Shown in pieces: positions 13,271 through 26,270 of a stretch of DNA of 64,000 nt (its first letter is position 1; the number at the start of each line of letters is the position of its first letter). This stretch comes from Ginglymostoma cirratum. Taxonomy: Eukaryota. The notes below the pieces were generated by a model. That model saw only the letters and a program-made list of their open reading frames with translations, was not told the DNA's origin and searched no databases. Position numbers and translations under genes: made by a program. The DNA lies in contig JAHRHZ010000012.1 of NCBI GenBank assembly GCA_024137785.1, forward strand, positions 37,693,431 to 37,757,430, given 5' to 3'.

Positions 13271-13446
13271 TTCAAGCAGCACAACTGTATCTTCAACAGC
13301 CATATACTGTGCTCCACCATGGCACTAGACGTGGCATGAGAAGCATCAAACCTGCGCTCTGCAGTGAGCATCACTTGTCCCTTTTACTAACCAGTCTTGT
13401 AAGGCACCTGGACCCCCAAACAAATAAGATAAAAAAGAACGCTTTA

Positions 13447-13762
13447 GGACGGCACGGTGGCTCAGTGGTTAGCACTGCTGCCTCATAGCGCCAGGAGCCC
13501 AGGTTTGATTCCACCCTCGGGTGACTGTCTGTGTGGAGTTTGCATATTGTCCCCGTGTCAGCGTGAGTTTTCTCCGGGTGTTCTGGTTTCCTCCCACAAT
13601 CCAAGGATGTGCAGGCTAGGTGGATTGGCTGTACTAAATTGCCCATAGTGTCCAGGGATGTGTAGATACGGTGGGTTATAGGCGGATGGGTGGGATGCTC
13701 TGAGAGTCACTGTGTTGGACTGAAGGGCCTGTTTCCACATTGTAGGGAGTCTAAGTCTAACT
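13447..13762 (+). mobile_element. HE1-type V-SINE
   Basis: GGACGGCACGGTGGCTCAGTGGTTAGCACTGCTGCCTCA head, V-domain and tail. Confidence 0.9.
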
Positions 13763-14576
13763 AAGGATGTTTGAGCCAGAGTAATGGGCACACATCCCTG
13801 GGAAGTGAATATGGTAATCATAGACGACCCAAACGTTAATCAAATGGAGCTCCTCCTATCAGTGAATCCCACAGCATTGTTCTACAGCCGTCTCAGTAGT
13901 ACATGTGTGCAATCGATGATACTTTGCACCTGAAGGATCCCTGCAGTGTTCCCGAATTCTACAGCTTGGGTTACAACACTGATTTCATCATCAGGAAACA
14001 AAACACACTAATGACACCTTGCTCAGATGGCATTGGTCACTGACTGATGCATGTATGGTTGCACGAAGGAAAGATCCCACTCAGGTCACCCAAAGGACCC
14101 AGTAGCATGGAAGTTCAGAGCATCTTTAACCTTCACAGGCAGTGGGAGAGGATGGCCTTGCACCCTGCTGTATCCTTTGTATCCCACTGTAGCACCTGGC
14201 AGTTTCATCAGTGTCCCAAGATATATTCTCGGCTTCCTGCACATGTTATGCATCTTGAGGAGCCCTGTGGCTGTGACCTATTTGTGAGTTGGGTGCTCCT
14301 CAACCTTCACATTAGCTTGTTGCTGCTCCTAACCCTTCCCTACACCCTACTCTTCAGTATCCGTTCTCAACTTCTGACAGCCACAGTGATCAAGGCTATG
14401 ACTATTTGTGGAGGTAGGCGCAATGGCTCAGATGTTAAAAGAATATTTTGTATCTGTTTTTGCAAAGAGAGAGATGCTCCTCAGGCCCCAGTGATAAAAA
14501 GAAGAAACTCTGTCAATAAAACTGTTCACAGTTTCTAAAGTAGTAGTGTTGGACAGACAGACAGTTGGTACCTTTA

Positions 14577-14709
14577 AAATAAAACCAAAGAACTGTACAT
14601 ATTGGAAATCTGAAACGAAAAGAAAAATTGCTGGAAAATCTCCAAGTGTAGCAGCATTTGTGGAGAGAAATCAGAGTTAATGTTTCAGGTCCAGTGACCT
14701 TTCTTCATC
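14577..14709 (-). mobile_element. PLE family B pLTR fragment with decayed hammerhead
   Basis: Same sequence family as 45896, 51784 and 29807. Minus strand ATGAAGA-AAGGTCACTGGACCT-GAAACATT. Confidence 0.75.
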
Positions 14710-14719
14710 TGGTACATAA

Positions 14720-16180
14720 AGTTCACAAAGGACTAGGACCAGACGGAGATTCTCCAAGGATTGTGAACGAAGTGATCGTGGAAATTGCAGGGGCATATTT
14801 CAGCCTTCACTAGACTCGGTGAAAGATGCCAGAAGACTGAAAATTTACAAACATTATGATCTTGTTCAAAAAAGGTTGTATGGATAATTCCAGTAATTAC
14901 GCATGACTCAATTTAAGTTCAATGGTAGGGACAATTATTTGGGTAAGAATTAGTTACGTAGAAAACATTATGTTGATTTGGAGAATCAGCTTGGATTTCT
15001 AAAGGCGAAATCATGTCAAGCTCAACTTGCTGGAGTTTTTGAAGAGGCAACAGACTCAGTGAGGGAAACACTGCTATGGTGTAAATGGGCTTTCAGAAGG
15101 CACTTGATACAGTGCCACACAACAGTCATGGAATAAGTGGGTCAGTACCAACATGGATACAAAATTTGCTGAGTAATGGGAGACAGAATAATGGTCAGTG
15201 GATATTAATGATCTAGATCTTGGTGTGCAGAGGACAATTCCAAAGTTTTCAGATGTCATAAAGCTTGTAAAAATTATAAACTGTGAGGAGGACAATGTAG
15301 AGCTCCAACAGAACATTGATAAATAGGTGGAGTAAGCAGATAGGTGGCAGATAAGTTTCAGTGCAGAGAAGGGTGAACTGATTCATTGGTAGGAAGAATG
15401 TTGAAAGGCAGTATAAAATAGGAGTACAATTCTAAAGGTTGTGCAGGAGCAGCAGGACCTGGATGTTTTTTGCACAGATTATTGAAGATAGCAAGACAGT
15501 TTGAGAGAACAATGACTGAAACATACAGTATCCTTGGCTTTATTAATAGGGACATAAAATACAAGAGCAAAGAAGTGATGTTGAAATTGTGCAGATGCTT
15601 ATTAGACCTCAGCTGGAGTACTGAATGCAGTTCTGGGCATCACATTATATTAATGACATGAATGCATTGCAGAAATGATTTACAAGAATGGTTCCCAAGG
15701 ATGTGAAACTTTAGGAGGATAGATTGAAGATTTTTGTGACTGCTGTCCTGGGAGAGAAGAGGGCTAAGAGCGGATCTGATAAATATTGTAAAAATCTTGA
15801 GCGGACTGGATAGAGTACATTGGGAGAAACTGTTCGCGCTCGTAAAGAACAACAAAAATGAGAGGGCATAGATTCAAAGTTGATATGAAAAAAACACTGT
15901 AAACAAGTTGCCATTAAAGTATGGATTGCCCTGCCTGGAAGTGTGGTGGAGACAGGTTCATTGAGGCATTCAATGGGATAGTGTAGGGGGATGGGCTTAG
16001 ATTAGTTCACAGGGCGGCGCAACATCAAGGGCCGAAGGGCCTGTTCTGCGCTGTATTGTTCTATGTTCTATGTTCACAAGGGCAGGGGATTGACAGTCGG
16101 TAATGATGCTTATTTGAAGAGCTGGTGCAAGTACAATCGGGCACATGGCCTCTTTCTGTGCTGAAAGATTTCTGTGATAT
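14720..16180 (+). mobile_element. Degraded CR1 LINE RT/3' region with a nested younger CR1 tail (about 15975-16075)
   Basis: YSILGFINRDIKYKSKEVMLKL fragment and a TTCTATGTTCTATGTTC tail. Confidence 0.8.
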
Positions 16181-16697
16181 ATTAGTTTATCTTACTTCTT
16201 CTGACTCTTAAATTGATTGCAATTGTAAGCAGGAAAATTGGTGTCTTTTTTAACCTGTATCTTTCACTTATTGTGTTACTTTCAGTATTGCATGAACTTA
16301 TCCACTTTACAAAAAAAACTCTATTAATATTTCAAAGACAAAGTTACCAGACCATCAGGATCTCAAAGCGTTCCTAGTTTTAATTTATTGTGTGTTCCAA
16401 TTGTGTGTGCGAATTCAATTGCTTTCAATAAATGACATGCTACAACTAAACTGCATAATCCTAATTGAAAATGATGTCTTCATTTTCTGATTGTCCGATA
16501 TTCCATGTGGTGGAACTATTTTGTCCCTTATTAAATGGATCTATATTAATCAATAAGCTCGCATCACAACATACTTAGTTTTGCCTTGGGAAAGGACAGA
16601 TGCATTCTTGCAAGGTTCACAATTGATGACCAGCCTGAATTCCATTTACGTTTAAACTCATTATGTTTATTAAATGAGATATTTCATTTGTGTTTAG

Positions 16698-16832
16698 AAT
16701 GTCCCTGAGCTTCCAGACACTACAGAGCACTTTAGGACTGACTTGTCCCGTGACTTGGCAGCTTTGCATGAAGTTTGTGCAGCACACTCAGATGAACTTC
16801 GCACATTAAGCAATGAACGAGGAGTCCAGCAG
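16698..16832 (+). CDS. RASA1: RASA1 penultimate exon: NVPELPDTTEHFRTDLSRDLAALHEVCAAHSDELRTLSNERGVQQ
   Basis: TTTAG acceptor, GTAATT donor at 16833. 135 nt. Recognisable p120 RasGAP C-terminal sequence. Confidence 0.96.
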
Positions 16833-17862
16833 GTAATTCCCATTTTTAACTTTGTTGCGTCATTAAAATTAAAAGAATTCTAATTAACATTTTAGTTGCA
16901 TGATGAGAAAGGGAATGTGTGGGAACTTAATTCATATGAATTGAGGCATAATTGTTGAACCACGCTGAGCTTCTATGTTTACTGGTCTGGTAATTTAATC
17001 TAAATCAATAATCACAATAACAGTCTGCCTGCATACAGTTAAACTGTAAGATATGATATCTATAAATGCACTGTTCATGAATCTCTCAACCTCACTGATG
17101 AGCCAGATGTGCTACCAACTGCAACTCAAGTTCTGAAACTCTGAGCTCAAATTATTGCAGCTGATAACACTTTCTGCATACCTGGATATGAAGGGTTTGA
17201 GAAGTATCCTGGGGTGCCCACAGTGAGCAGTGTAACCATGCCATTGGGTCCAAACTGGCTGCTTTTCTTCTATATGTATGACTATTAAACCACCACATAC
17301 ATAAATAGACACATCAGCTACTGCTGCATGAGCTGCTTCTCATTATATAGGTGTTTTAAACAAAATGTTTTTATTTTATCTCCTAAAAGCCTTAAATCTT
17401 TAACTATAAGTTATAAATCTTCGATTTGCTCAATCCTTATCCATATACTCTGGCTTACTTTCTCTTCCTTAATACACTGTGACAATGTCACATTGATTTT
17501 TCCTGTGTTTCATTTAATTCCTGTTTCACTTTTTGATTCCTTGCTATTGTGCTCCTTTGTATCTGATCTCTTGATATCCATTTTGAATCTCTGCTCCGCT
17601 CCGCTCCCACTCCTTTATATATGATCTTTGATCTCTTGGCATACATCATAAATCACAGCTCTACTGTGCTCCTGCTTCTTTACAATTCAGACTGTGATCA
17701 GTGATTCTGACCTTCTTCATATTGCTCTGATCCCAACTTGCTTCCTTGTCTATGGCCTGTACATGAAATAAGTAAATTAACATTGTATATTATTTAAATT
17801 TATGGACAAGTTTTCATGTGTTGGTAACAATTTCTGATATCCCTGATATCTGTATTTTTCAG

Positions 17863-17940
17863 CATGTCTTGAAAAAACTTCTGGCGATTACAGAACTGTT
17901 GCAGCAGAAACGAAACCAGTATTCTGCAGCTAATAGGTAG
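17863..17940 (+). CDS. RASA1: RASA1 last coding exon: HVLKKLLAITELLQQKRNQYSAANR*
   Basis: TTTTTCAG acceptor. Stop TAG at 17938-17940. Confidence 0.96.
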   Translation, partial: HVLKKLLAITELLQQKRNQYSAANR

Positions 17941-18790
17941 CAGCTTTCCTGGTCCAAAATTCTGCATGGATTAACATGTCCCGGGTTTATCAGAGGACAA
18001 TTCACAACAGTCTCATTTTTTGTTACACCTGAAATAATACCAATGTACAACATTCCTCCTAGTGTATGAACTATGCAACAGAGAAACAGCTGGTTAACTG
18101 CAACAGCAATTTAGTCAGCTATTTGTGCAGACCACCTCTTGCACTTTCTTCTCTGAACAAATCACTAGCCATTGAGCCTTGATGTATAGTCATCTTTCAC
18201 AAAGCTAAGTGAATCGACAACGTAAGGTGTTTAATATTTCAAGTTGCCAAAGTTCCCAGAATCTATCCAGAGCTGCAGTATGAAATGTCAGTCAGCTGAT
18301 GATGTGTTTGTGAAGACTGGAGTACAGGCTGTAAAGTGTTTATGCTATAATTTCTGACTGATTACTTGTACGGTTAAGACTGCTTACATCTTTAATCTCT
18401 GGTTATATATCTACAGTTTATTGGAAATGTCTTTAAATACCAAGGTTCCTCACTAAAGACTGGCTATTATAATCTAGAAAAAGAATTCTGCAATGAGCGT
18501 TCATTGGATGACAAATGTGCTGACAGATGATAGCATTTGTTGTGCCACTAATTTTGATGAGTTCAATTATACTCTACAATTGCTGAGTCTTCCAACAAAA
18601 ACAGTAATGAGAGTTTCTGTCAAAGTTACATAATCAAAGCTTTATGTATAATGTTTACAAATGTAAACAATTTCAATAGTTGAATAAATTTATTGATCAT
18701 TGTATTGGAAATGCATGCACTTATTAAACCATTTTGTAAAGTAGCTTGTTACTTTGACTTTTGTTTCAATAAACGAAAAACAGTATTGAA
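17941..18790 (+). promoter_or_regulatory. RASA1: RASA1 3'UTR (approximate)
   Basis: AT-rich stretch after the stop with no recognisable repeats, ending in clustered poly(A) signals. Confidence 0.7.
18683..18773 (+). terminator. Candidate RASA1 polyadenylation signals
   Basis: AATAAA 18683-18688, ATTAAA 18723-18728, AATAAA 18768-18773. Confidence 0.6.
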
Positions 18791-19329
18791 ACCAATACAA
18801 GTTCAACTATTTTAAGTCATTTGGCAGCACAGAACTTTGTCAAAATTTTCATTTTGTGCTTATCGGAACAATTTGCAAGAAATAGCAAAGGGAAATCAAT
18901 ATTATTTTGTATTTGAGCGCTAATTGATTGGCAGATTAACTCTGGTAGAGGCATTGCCAAGGAGAGTGATCGAATGTTAAAATTTATAATGAACAATATT
19001 AGAATCATTTAATGACTGCTTGTTAACAGCCAAACTTTGTTAAAATTTTAAACCATGCAGATTAACTTTGATCAAAGTATTGCCCTCAGAAATAAACTGG
19101 AGAATAGAATTAAATATTGTCCAATTACAAAATCATATCTAATGTTCACACACTTCTGAGTTTTGCAAGCGTGGGCTGGTCAGTACAGTCAGCCTTTAGG
19201 ATTTCTCAAAACTTTAGGCAGCATGTGAAGCTAGCTGCTTCATGCTACTGCTAAGCAGTAATACAGTGGTATTTGCCACTAACATGATGCAGCTGTTTTA
19301 CTTTAGGTCCACAGCCAGCATTATGCAGT

Positions 19330-19635
19330 AGCTCAATATCAAATTGCAACAGCATTCACCGATTCAAACTATTTTATTTTATAATGTAAAATTATTTGCA
19401 GCTAAGAAATGGCAACTACAGTGCATTTTTCTTAGAGGAAAGCCTGCAACAACTGAATATGCCAGGAATGTGAAAACTAACAAGAAATTGTGTGCAATTT
19501 CAAGTCCTGAAAATGAAAAGAACTGAAGTTACATATGCTTGCCAACCATTCAACATTGAAACTTCCAAAGTACCTGAAAATGTTCAAGTTGTAATCCTAC
19601 AACTGCAACACAACAATGAACTTAAGACCAAATAG
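19330..19635 (+). mobile_element. hAT (SPIN/Charlie-like) transposase relic
   Basis: Reads ILFYNVKLFAAKKWQLQ .. FQVLKMKRTEVTYACQPFNIETSKVPENVQVVILQLQHNNELKTK*. Resembles the hAT C-terminal F..PF......P..LQ.E...LQ....LK.K pattern. Confidence 0.55.
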
Positions 19636-20369
19636 CGTAAAAGAAATCAGAACTGTGGATGCTGAAGATCTAGAACAAAAACAGACTGAAAACTGACACT
19701 GGTCAAACTCCTGTAACTTCTTTCTATCAGCACTATGGATGAAATTTCACAACATGACTGCAGTGTTTTGTGAAATCAGCTCATCATCTTAAGACAAATT
19801 AAAAGTGGGCAATAAATGGTGTCCCTATCAGTAGTGTCCACATCCTATGAAGAATTTTCAAAAAGATGACTACATTTCAGAAGTATCTAATTGGCTGTAA
19901 AGCACTATAGAAAGGTACCAGATAAGCGCAAGTTCTTCATGTTACATCTATGCACCTTTTTGTTTGTACGTTTCGTGGTATAATAATAAAATACGAACTA
20001 GACATTGCTTAAATCTTTGTTTATGCTTCTCTTCCTATGTTATGAATGTTAGATGTTCGCAGGCTAAATATACAAATATAAAGTTCATTTATCTTTGTGA
20101 TTTCTACAAAAGTACTTGTTGAAATGAAGATAAAAGATTAAAGGTAAAATAATAAAGTGAAGTAATAAATCTTTCGAAGATTTTTATATCATTCTCAATT
20201 AAACAAAAATATTACAATCAAAAGCCAAGCTCCATCATTTCTTACTGATGCAACAATCAATTCTTGACTCGGCAAACTGTGTTGAGATTTAGTACATTAT
20301 CCAAAAAGTTGGAAATACAGTGTACAAAGCCTTCACCAACACTGTGTGGCACCACCAGCATAACTTGCT

Positions 20370-20496
20370 AAATAAAAACTGAAAGAACTGTGGCTGCTAT
20401 AAATTAGGAACATTAGACCAGAAACACTAACTTTTTTTTTCCCTCTTCACAGATGCTGCCAGACCTGCTGAGCTTTTCCAGCAACTTTGTTTTTGA
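20370..20496. mobile_element. PLE family B short inverted fragment
   Basis: Tail in minus orientation joined to a pLTR in plus orientation. Flanked by an imperfect AGCATAA(C/T)TTG direct repeat. Confidence 0.65.
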
Positions 20497-21534
20497 GCAT
20501 AATTTGTTTGTCTGCTGTAATGATGTATAGGTTCACATCTAAATGATTAATATCATCCCAAATGTTTTAATTATTTTATCTAAATGTTCTGAAGAATTCC
20601 AAATCCTAGCAGTATGTATTGTTTTTAAGAGCCATGTACAAAGAGACATTTGACTTCTTAGGTTCTCTCAAATCGGAGTGACATCAAGAATCACACTACA
20701 TAATTATACTAAAAGTATGTTAACACTAATTGCAAAATAATATTGCAAGGTATAACAACGTATGTAAGTTCAAAATAACCATGCGAAACTGATATGCGTA
20801 GAAACTGGGCTCTGAAGAGGAGTCATATTGTAGTAGAAATGTTAAATCTGTTTCTCTGTTCAGAGTTGCTGCAAGAGCTGCTTAGTTTCCTCAGTGCTTT
20901 TTATATATTAAAAATTAGTTACAGACAGAACATGTACACCATACTGCACCTGCTTCAACTCAACAGAGTAGATAACAGCTATTCACTGGTTCATTTCTCA
21001 GGGCAGTGCCTTGACCAAAGTCTATCTACCTAGTTTAAAATTTAAACAAAGCTTGACAGTTACTATCATTAACTGTGTGTTCTCTGTGGCAATACCGCTA
21101 TCTTTTAGAGTTTACTGGTTACCAATCAATTATCACTCTTCTCGTACGTTATAAATATTATTTTCTCTTTACTTTGATATTTCTTGCAAATTGTCCTCAT
21201 GAATGCAAGATGAAAAGCTTTGACAAAATGCGTTTTTTTTTTTCAGCAATAGACAAGTTCTCTGCTACCAAATTTAATTTACTTATCCAGTGACAATTTA
21301 ACTTAACTTAAATTCATGCTGATTATCTTTATTACATTTTTCTATATGAGAAATAATACTGTCCTTTTTTTTAGAAAAGAGAACTATTTGCTCAGTACTG
21401 AAGTTAAGCTAACTGGTCTGTAATTATTAGATCTGTGCTTTATAGATGATGGCTGAACGTTATCAGTTTTTTAGTACTTTTTAGTACTTCAGTACTATAC
21501 CCATGCAAACTGTATATATGGATATGATTTTTAC

Positions 21535-22965
21535 TGCGTGGCAACTCCAAGACGACAACCCCAGCCACACTACACAGCTTTCATCAACCTGACCAATGCT
21601 TTTGACTCAGTCAATCAGGAAATGCTATCAAAGATCTTGTTTAAGGCTGGCTGTCCAGTTAAATTCATCAAGTGTCTGTCTCTGCGACAAGATGTCAGTG
21701 ATCATCCCCACCGATTGTAAAATGACAGAATCCTTTGAAGTCAAGACGGGTCAAGCAGCGATGTGTCACTGTCCCCATCCTTTTTTCCAACTTCATTACT
21801 ACTAGCTTTACCTTGTCAAGAACAAGATTCCTGTGGTATGGACATTGTCTACAGGATAAATGGCAAGCTTTTCAACCTGAATTGGTTGAAATCCAAGAAG
21901 AAAACAATGTCATCTCTAGTTTTGCAGAAGAGAATCTTCAAACCTCATTTGTATGCTTCTGCGAAGGCATTAAAAGAATTGGTCTCAGCCTCAAATCCTT
22001 CACCAGTCAAGTTCTGCTCTGTCCCTCCATTAAGATAGAGAAATCCTTCCAAAGGTGCAACATTTTAAGGCTGACATCAATGCAGAGACTCAACATCACA
22101 TCCAATCTGCAGACACCACCTTCAGACGCTTAAGGATAAGAGTCTTCAATGACAGTGACATCTGTGCTGATACCAAGATCTGCTCTGAAGAAGAGTCATC
22201 TAGATTTGAAACATTAGCTTTCATTAGCTCACTCTCTCTCTCTTTCCATAGATGCTGCCTGACCCACTAGGATTTCCAGCATTTTTTTTTATTTTTTGTT
22301 TTCAGTACAGATTCCAGCATCTGCAGTAATTTTCTCCAACGTGATACCGAGATCCTTGTAATATAATGCAATCATTCTTAAAGGCACATCCTCAAGACCA
22401 TTGAGAACAACCATTAATACTGTTTGAGACATTCTCTCCATCAGCTAGGAGGCCAGGTGTACTGACATCAGTATCCTTTAAGCAGCTAACAGCACCAGCA
22501 CTGAGGCCAAGATTAACTGAAACAAACTTTGCTGGGCTGACCATGTTCTTAGAATGCCTAAGTTCTGACTACCAAAGCAAATCTTATTTTGCCCAACTCA
22601 AGGAAGGCACTCAAACAAGAGGAGGATAAAGTATTTTAAAAGGCTCCCTGAAGGCTTCCCTCAAGAAATGCAACGTAGATGTAAATGCATGAGAGGCCCT
22701 CATTCAGAAGAAACCAACTTGGAGGAAGCTCCTGTGTGAAGAGACAGTGCCTAGCAGCAAGATGAATTACAGAAAAGGAACTAGAGAAATGCCAGTGTCT
22801 CGAGGCCAGGACTAATTCCACCTCCAGGAAACACCTGCCAAATGTGTGGTTGATGACGTGGCTCGAGAATTGGGCTCATTAGCTACACAAAAAGCCACAA
22901 AACCAGTGACACGGAATTTTCTAGGTGGACAATCATACTCATTAGCGAGTGATTGCCGATGATAA
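21535..22965 (+). mobile_element. Degraded RTE (BovB-like clade) LINE with a PLE insertion
   Basis: AFINLTNAFDSVNQEMLSKILFKAGCPVKFI; SFEVKT/VKQRCVTVPILF; YRINGKLFNLNWLKSK; C-terminal C..C......GLISH-like region near 22836-22900. Confidence 0.8.
22181..22341 (+). mobile_element. PLE pLTR fragment with hammerhead-like core inserted in the RTE
   Basis: CTGAAGA-A-GAGTCATCTAGATTT-GAAACATT. TSD TGATACC(A/G)AGATC at 22168-22180 and 22342-22354. Confidence 0.7.
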
Positions 22966-24205
22966 AGACCATACCCATGGTCGGAGAGAATTGGAAAATG
23001 ACAGTCAGAAACCTCCATTGCATCATCCCTTGCTTCTGATAACTGGCCGAGGATGCATTTCATCTCGGTATAGATATTTATCTACTTAAAATGCTAAACC
23101 CCTTAATATTTTCTCTTTCTCTAATTCAATACTTCAAACTGCTTCTCCCTAATTACAATGTCTACATCATTCCCTTCACTTCTAAAACAAAAAGTATTCA
23201 CTAAGAACTATGCCAAGTCTTCCAAACACAGGTTATCTTTCTGATCTCATAGTTAGCAAAGGAAACAATGTTTTTTCATGCCCCACTTTGCTTTTCCAGT
23301 TTCCTTTTTGAATTTCACCCCGATTTTTAAACTCTTGAAGCTCTTCCCTTTTTGAACTCTTAAGATCTGACATATGCTTCTTTTTGCTTTATTCTAACCT
23401 GTATGTTCCTTATCTTGGGTTTTAAAGCAAAATGCAATCTGCAGATGGAGATACCAGTCCAAAGTATCCTGTTGGTGTCCGCACATATGCTGTCCGCTCT
23501 ACATTACCAATTAATCTCTTCAAATTGTTACTGCACTGTAGCACTCTTATTTACATCTGTACACAGTTAAATACAGCATTCTAGTGTCCTCCTGATATCA
23601 GTTAAATGATCAGTAACACCCTCATACCACACAAGAACTTCTGAATTTTACCATATGGGAACATTTGTTTTGCACTCGTTATCTTCTTGTTGAATATCTC
23701 CCACCACTGAGAAACTGCTTCAGCTACATCAGTGCTTTTACTAAATCGCATTGCAGAATTGGCCTTTACCCAAGTGAGAATATTTACTCCAAGTCTTTTT
23801 TTGACTTGTTTTTCCCATATTTCTGAAGTTATTGATTCAAAGGCATGTCCAAATTGCAATGCTGTGACCTCCACTACAGAGAGTGCAAGGAGGAAGGTCA
23901 CTAATCCACCCTAGTGAATACCATGCTATCAGCATCAAGTTCCACATCAGCCATCCAAACAGATGCCCCACCCCAAGGAGTCAGAGCAGTAGCATCAAGT
24001 GCTTTTACAAAGATGTAGTGGTCCAGAGCTATGAACATTAATGATTGAAGCTCCTAGTTTTTGTCACATGACTGAGCATGACTATCTCTCTCATTCTTAT
24101 CATTTGCTACTGGCATATTTGGAACGATTTACAAGACTCAATATATTTGGCTATGTTTTGAAAGCATCCTCCTTTGACTGGATCCTGGAGTGGTCCTTGA
24201 GCATA

Positions 24206-24972
24206 GAGATAGTAGGAACTGCAGATGCTGGAGAATCTGAGATAACAAGGTGTAGAGCTGGATGAACACAGCAGGCCAAGCAGCATCAGAGGAGCAGGAA
24301 AGCTGACGTTTCCGGCCTAGACCCTTCTTCAGAAATGGGGGAGGGGAAGAGGGTTCTGAAATAAATAGGGAGAGAGGGGGAGATGGGGAGAGGAGACAGA
24401 CCGGTCAAAGAGGCGGGGATGGAGCCAATAAAGGTGAGTGTAGTTGGGGAGTTAGGGAGGACGGACAGGTCAAAGGGGCAGGATGAGGCTAGTAGGTAGG
24501 AGATGGGGGTGGGGCTTGAGGTGGGAAGAGGGGATAGGTGGGAGGAAGGACAGGTTAGGGAGGCAGGGACAAGCTGGGCTGGTTTTGGGATGCAGTAGGG
24601 AGGGGGGAGATTTTGAAGCTTGTGAAGTCCACGTTGATACCGTTGGGCTGCAGGGTTCCCAAGCGAAATAGGAGGTGCTGTTCCTGCAACCTTCAGGGTT
24701 CATTGTGGCACTACTGATGGCCCAGGATGGACATGTCGTCTGGGGAATGGGAGGGGAGAGTTGAAATGGTGCGTGACTGGGAGATGCAGTTGTTCAGTGC
24801 GAACCGAGCGTAGGTGTTCCGCAAAGTGGTCCCCAAGCTTCTGCTTGGTTTCCCTGATGTAGAGGAGGCCACAACGGGAACAGTGGATACAGTACACCAC
24901 ATTAGCAGATGTGCAGGTGAATGTCTGCTTGATGTGGAAAGTCTTCTTGGGGCCTGGGATGGGGGTGAGCGG
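24206..24972 (-). mobile_element. Penelope-like element family A, 3' part with GIY-YIG endonuclease and pLTR hammerhead (24305-24332)
   Basis: VVYCIHCSRCGLLYIRETKQKLGDHFAEHLRSV..VTHHFNS (GIY-YIG with CxxC). Hammerhead core has one stem II mismatch. Confidence 0.9.
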
Positions 24973-24974
24973 GA

Positions 24975-25120
24975 ATGATATTTATTCTTCAGTCAGCATC
25001 ACAAAGCAAATTATTGTGTCACTGTCTTATTACAGTTAGCAGCATTCTGCTGTGTGCAAATTTGGTTCCTCATTTCCTACATTACAACAGCAACTACAAA
25101 ACTGGCTATTAAATGCTTTC
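24975..25120 (+). mobile_element. Deu-domain SINE remnant
   Basis: GCTGTGTGCAAATTTGG..TTTCCTACATTACAACAG resembles the DeuSINE core. Confidence 0.55.
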
Positions 25121-25279
25121 TACAACTTAAGTTCAACCTCATAACCCAATGTGATGATCTACTAGTATATCATCCCTCATATTCTCATTTTTTTTTAAAC
25201 TAATCATGCCCAGCCTTTTCAAAAACCCCACCTTTTCTAATGCCCTATAACCAGGAAAACTGAAATCCTATTTCCACCC

Positions 25280-26270
25280 GTGACCAGTGGGTTCCACAGG
25301 GATCAGTGCTAGAACTGCAATGGTTTACAATATATATTAATGGCTTGGAGGAAGGAAACAAATGTGCTGTAGCCAAATGTCTAAATGATAGATACAAATA
25401 GTTTACAGAGAAATGTTGATAGGGTTAAGTGGGTAACAAGTTGACAAATGGAGTACGATTTGGGGAAATGTGAAGTTCATTTTGGAAAGGAGAACAAAAG
25501 AACAGAATATTTTTTAAAAATAGAAAACCTACAACACAAAGGTACTTGGGGATACTCGTGTGCAGATTGTAGAAAACCGGCACATGGATACAGTAGTTTA
25601 TCAGGAAGGCTATCAGAATGTTCACCTTTATTTCAAGAGAGTTGGAGTATAACTGAAAAAATCTTACTGCTGATAAGACATCTGGAGGACTAGGGGCAGT
25701 TTTGGTCCCCTTATTTGGGAAAAGGTATTATTTCATTGGAAGCAGTTCAGGGAAGGTTCAAAATAAAAACAGAAACAGCAGCACCTACAGAGAGAAAGTA
25801 GTCAACCATTCAGAGTAAGTTCACCACACTGATCCTGGTATGGAGAGATTGTCTTATGAGCAAGAGTTAAACAGTTTGGGACTCACTAGAGTTTAGAAGA
25901 ATGAGAGGTGATCTCATTGAAACATACAGGATTCTTAAAGAGCTTGACATGGTAAGTGCTGAGAGGATGTTTCCCCTCATGGGAAAGTTTAGGACCAGGG
26001 GGCATTGACTCAGAATAAAGGGTCACCAATTTAAGACTAAGGGAAGAAGGGATTTCTTCTTGCAGGATGTTGAGAGTTTTTGGAACACCTTGCCACAGTA
26101 AGCTGTGGGGGCAGAGTCCTGTGTATATTTATGGCTGAGATCGATTCTTGATCAATAGGGGAATCGACTTTTGAGGAAAAAAGTCAGGAATATCAGATCA
26201 ACCATGATCCTACTGAATGGCAATGCAGGCTTGAGGGGCCAAACAGCCTACTCTTGTTCTGGTTTCGTAT
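25280..26270 (+). mobile_element. Degraded CR1 LINE 3' part
   Basis: MEYDLGKCEVHFG and GAGAGGTGATCTCATTGAAACATAC motifs, CR1 tail. Confidence 0.85.

Noticed and set aside
14047-14538. 163-aa ORF in a RASA1 intron
   Set aside because: No recognisable domain. It probably overlaps decayed LINE sequence and is a chance ORF.
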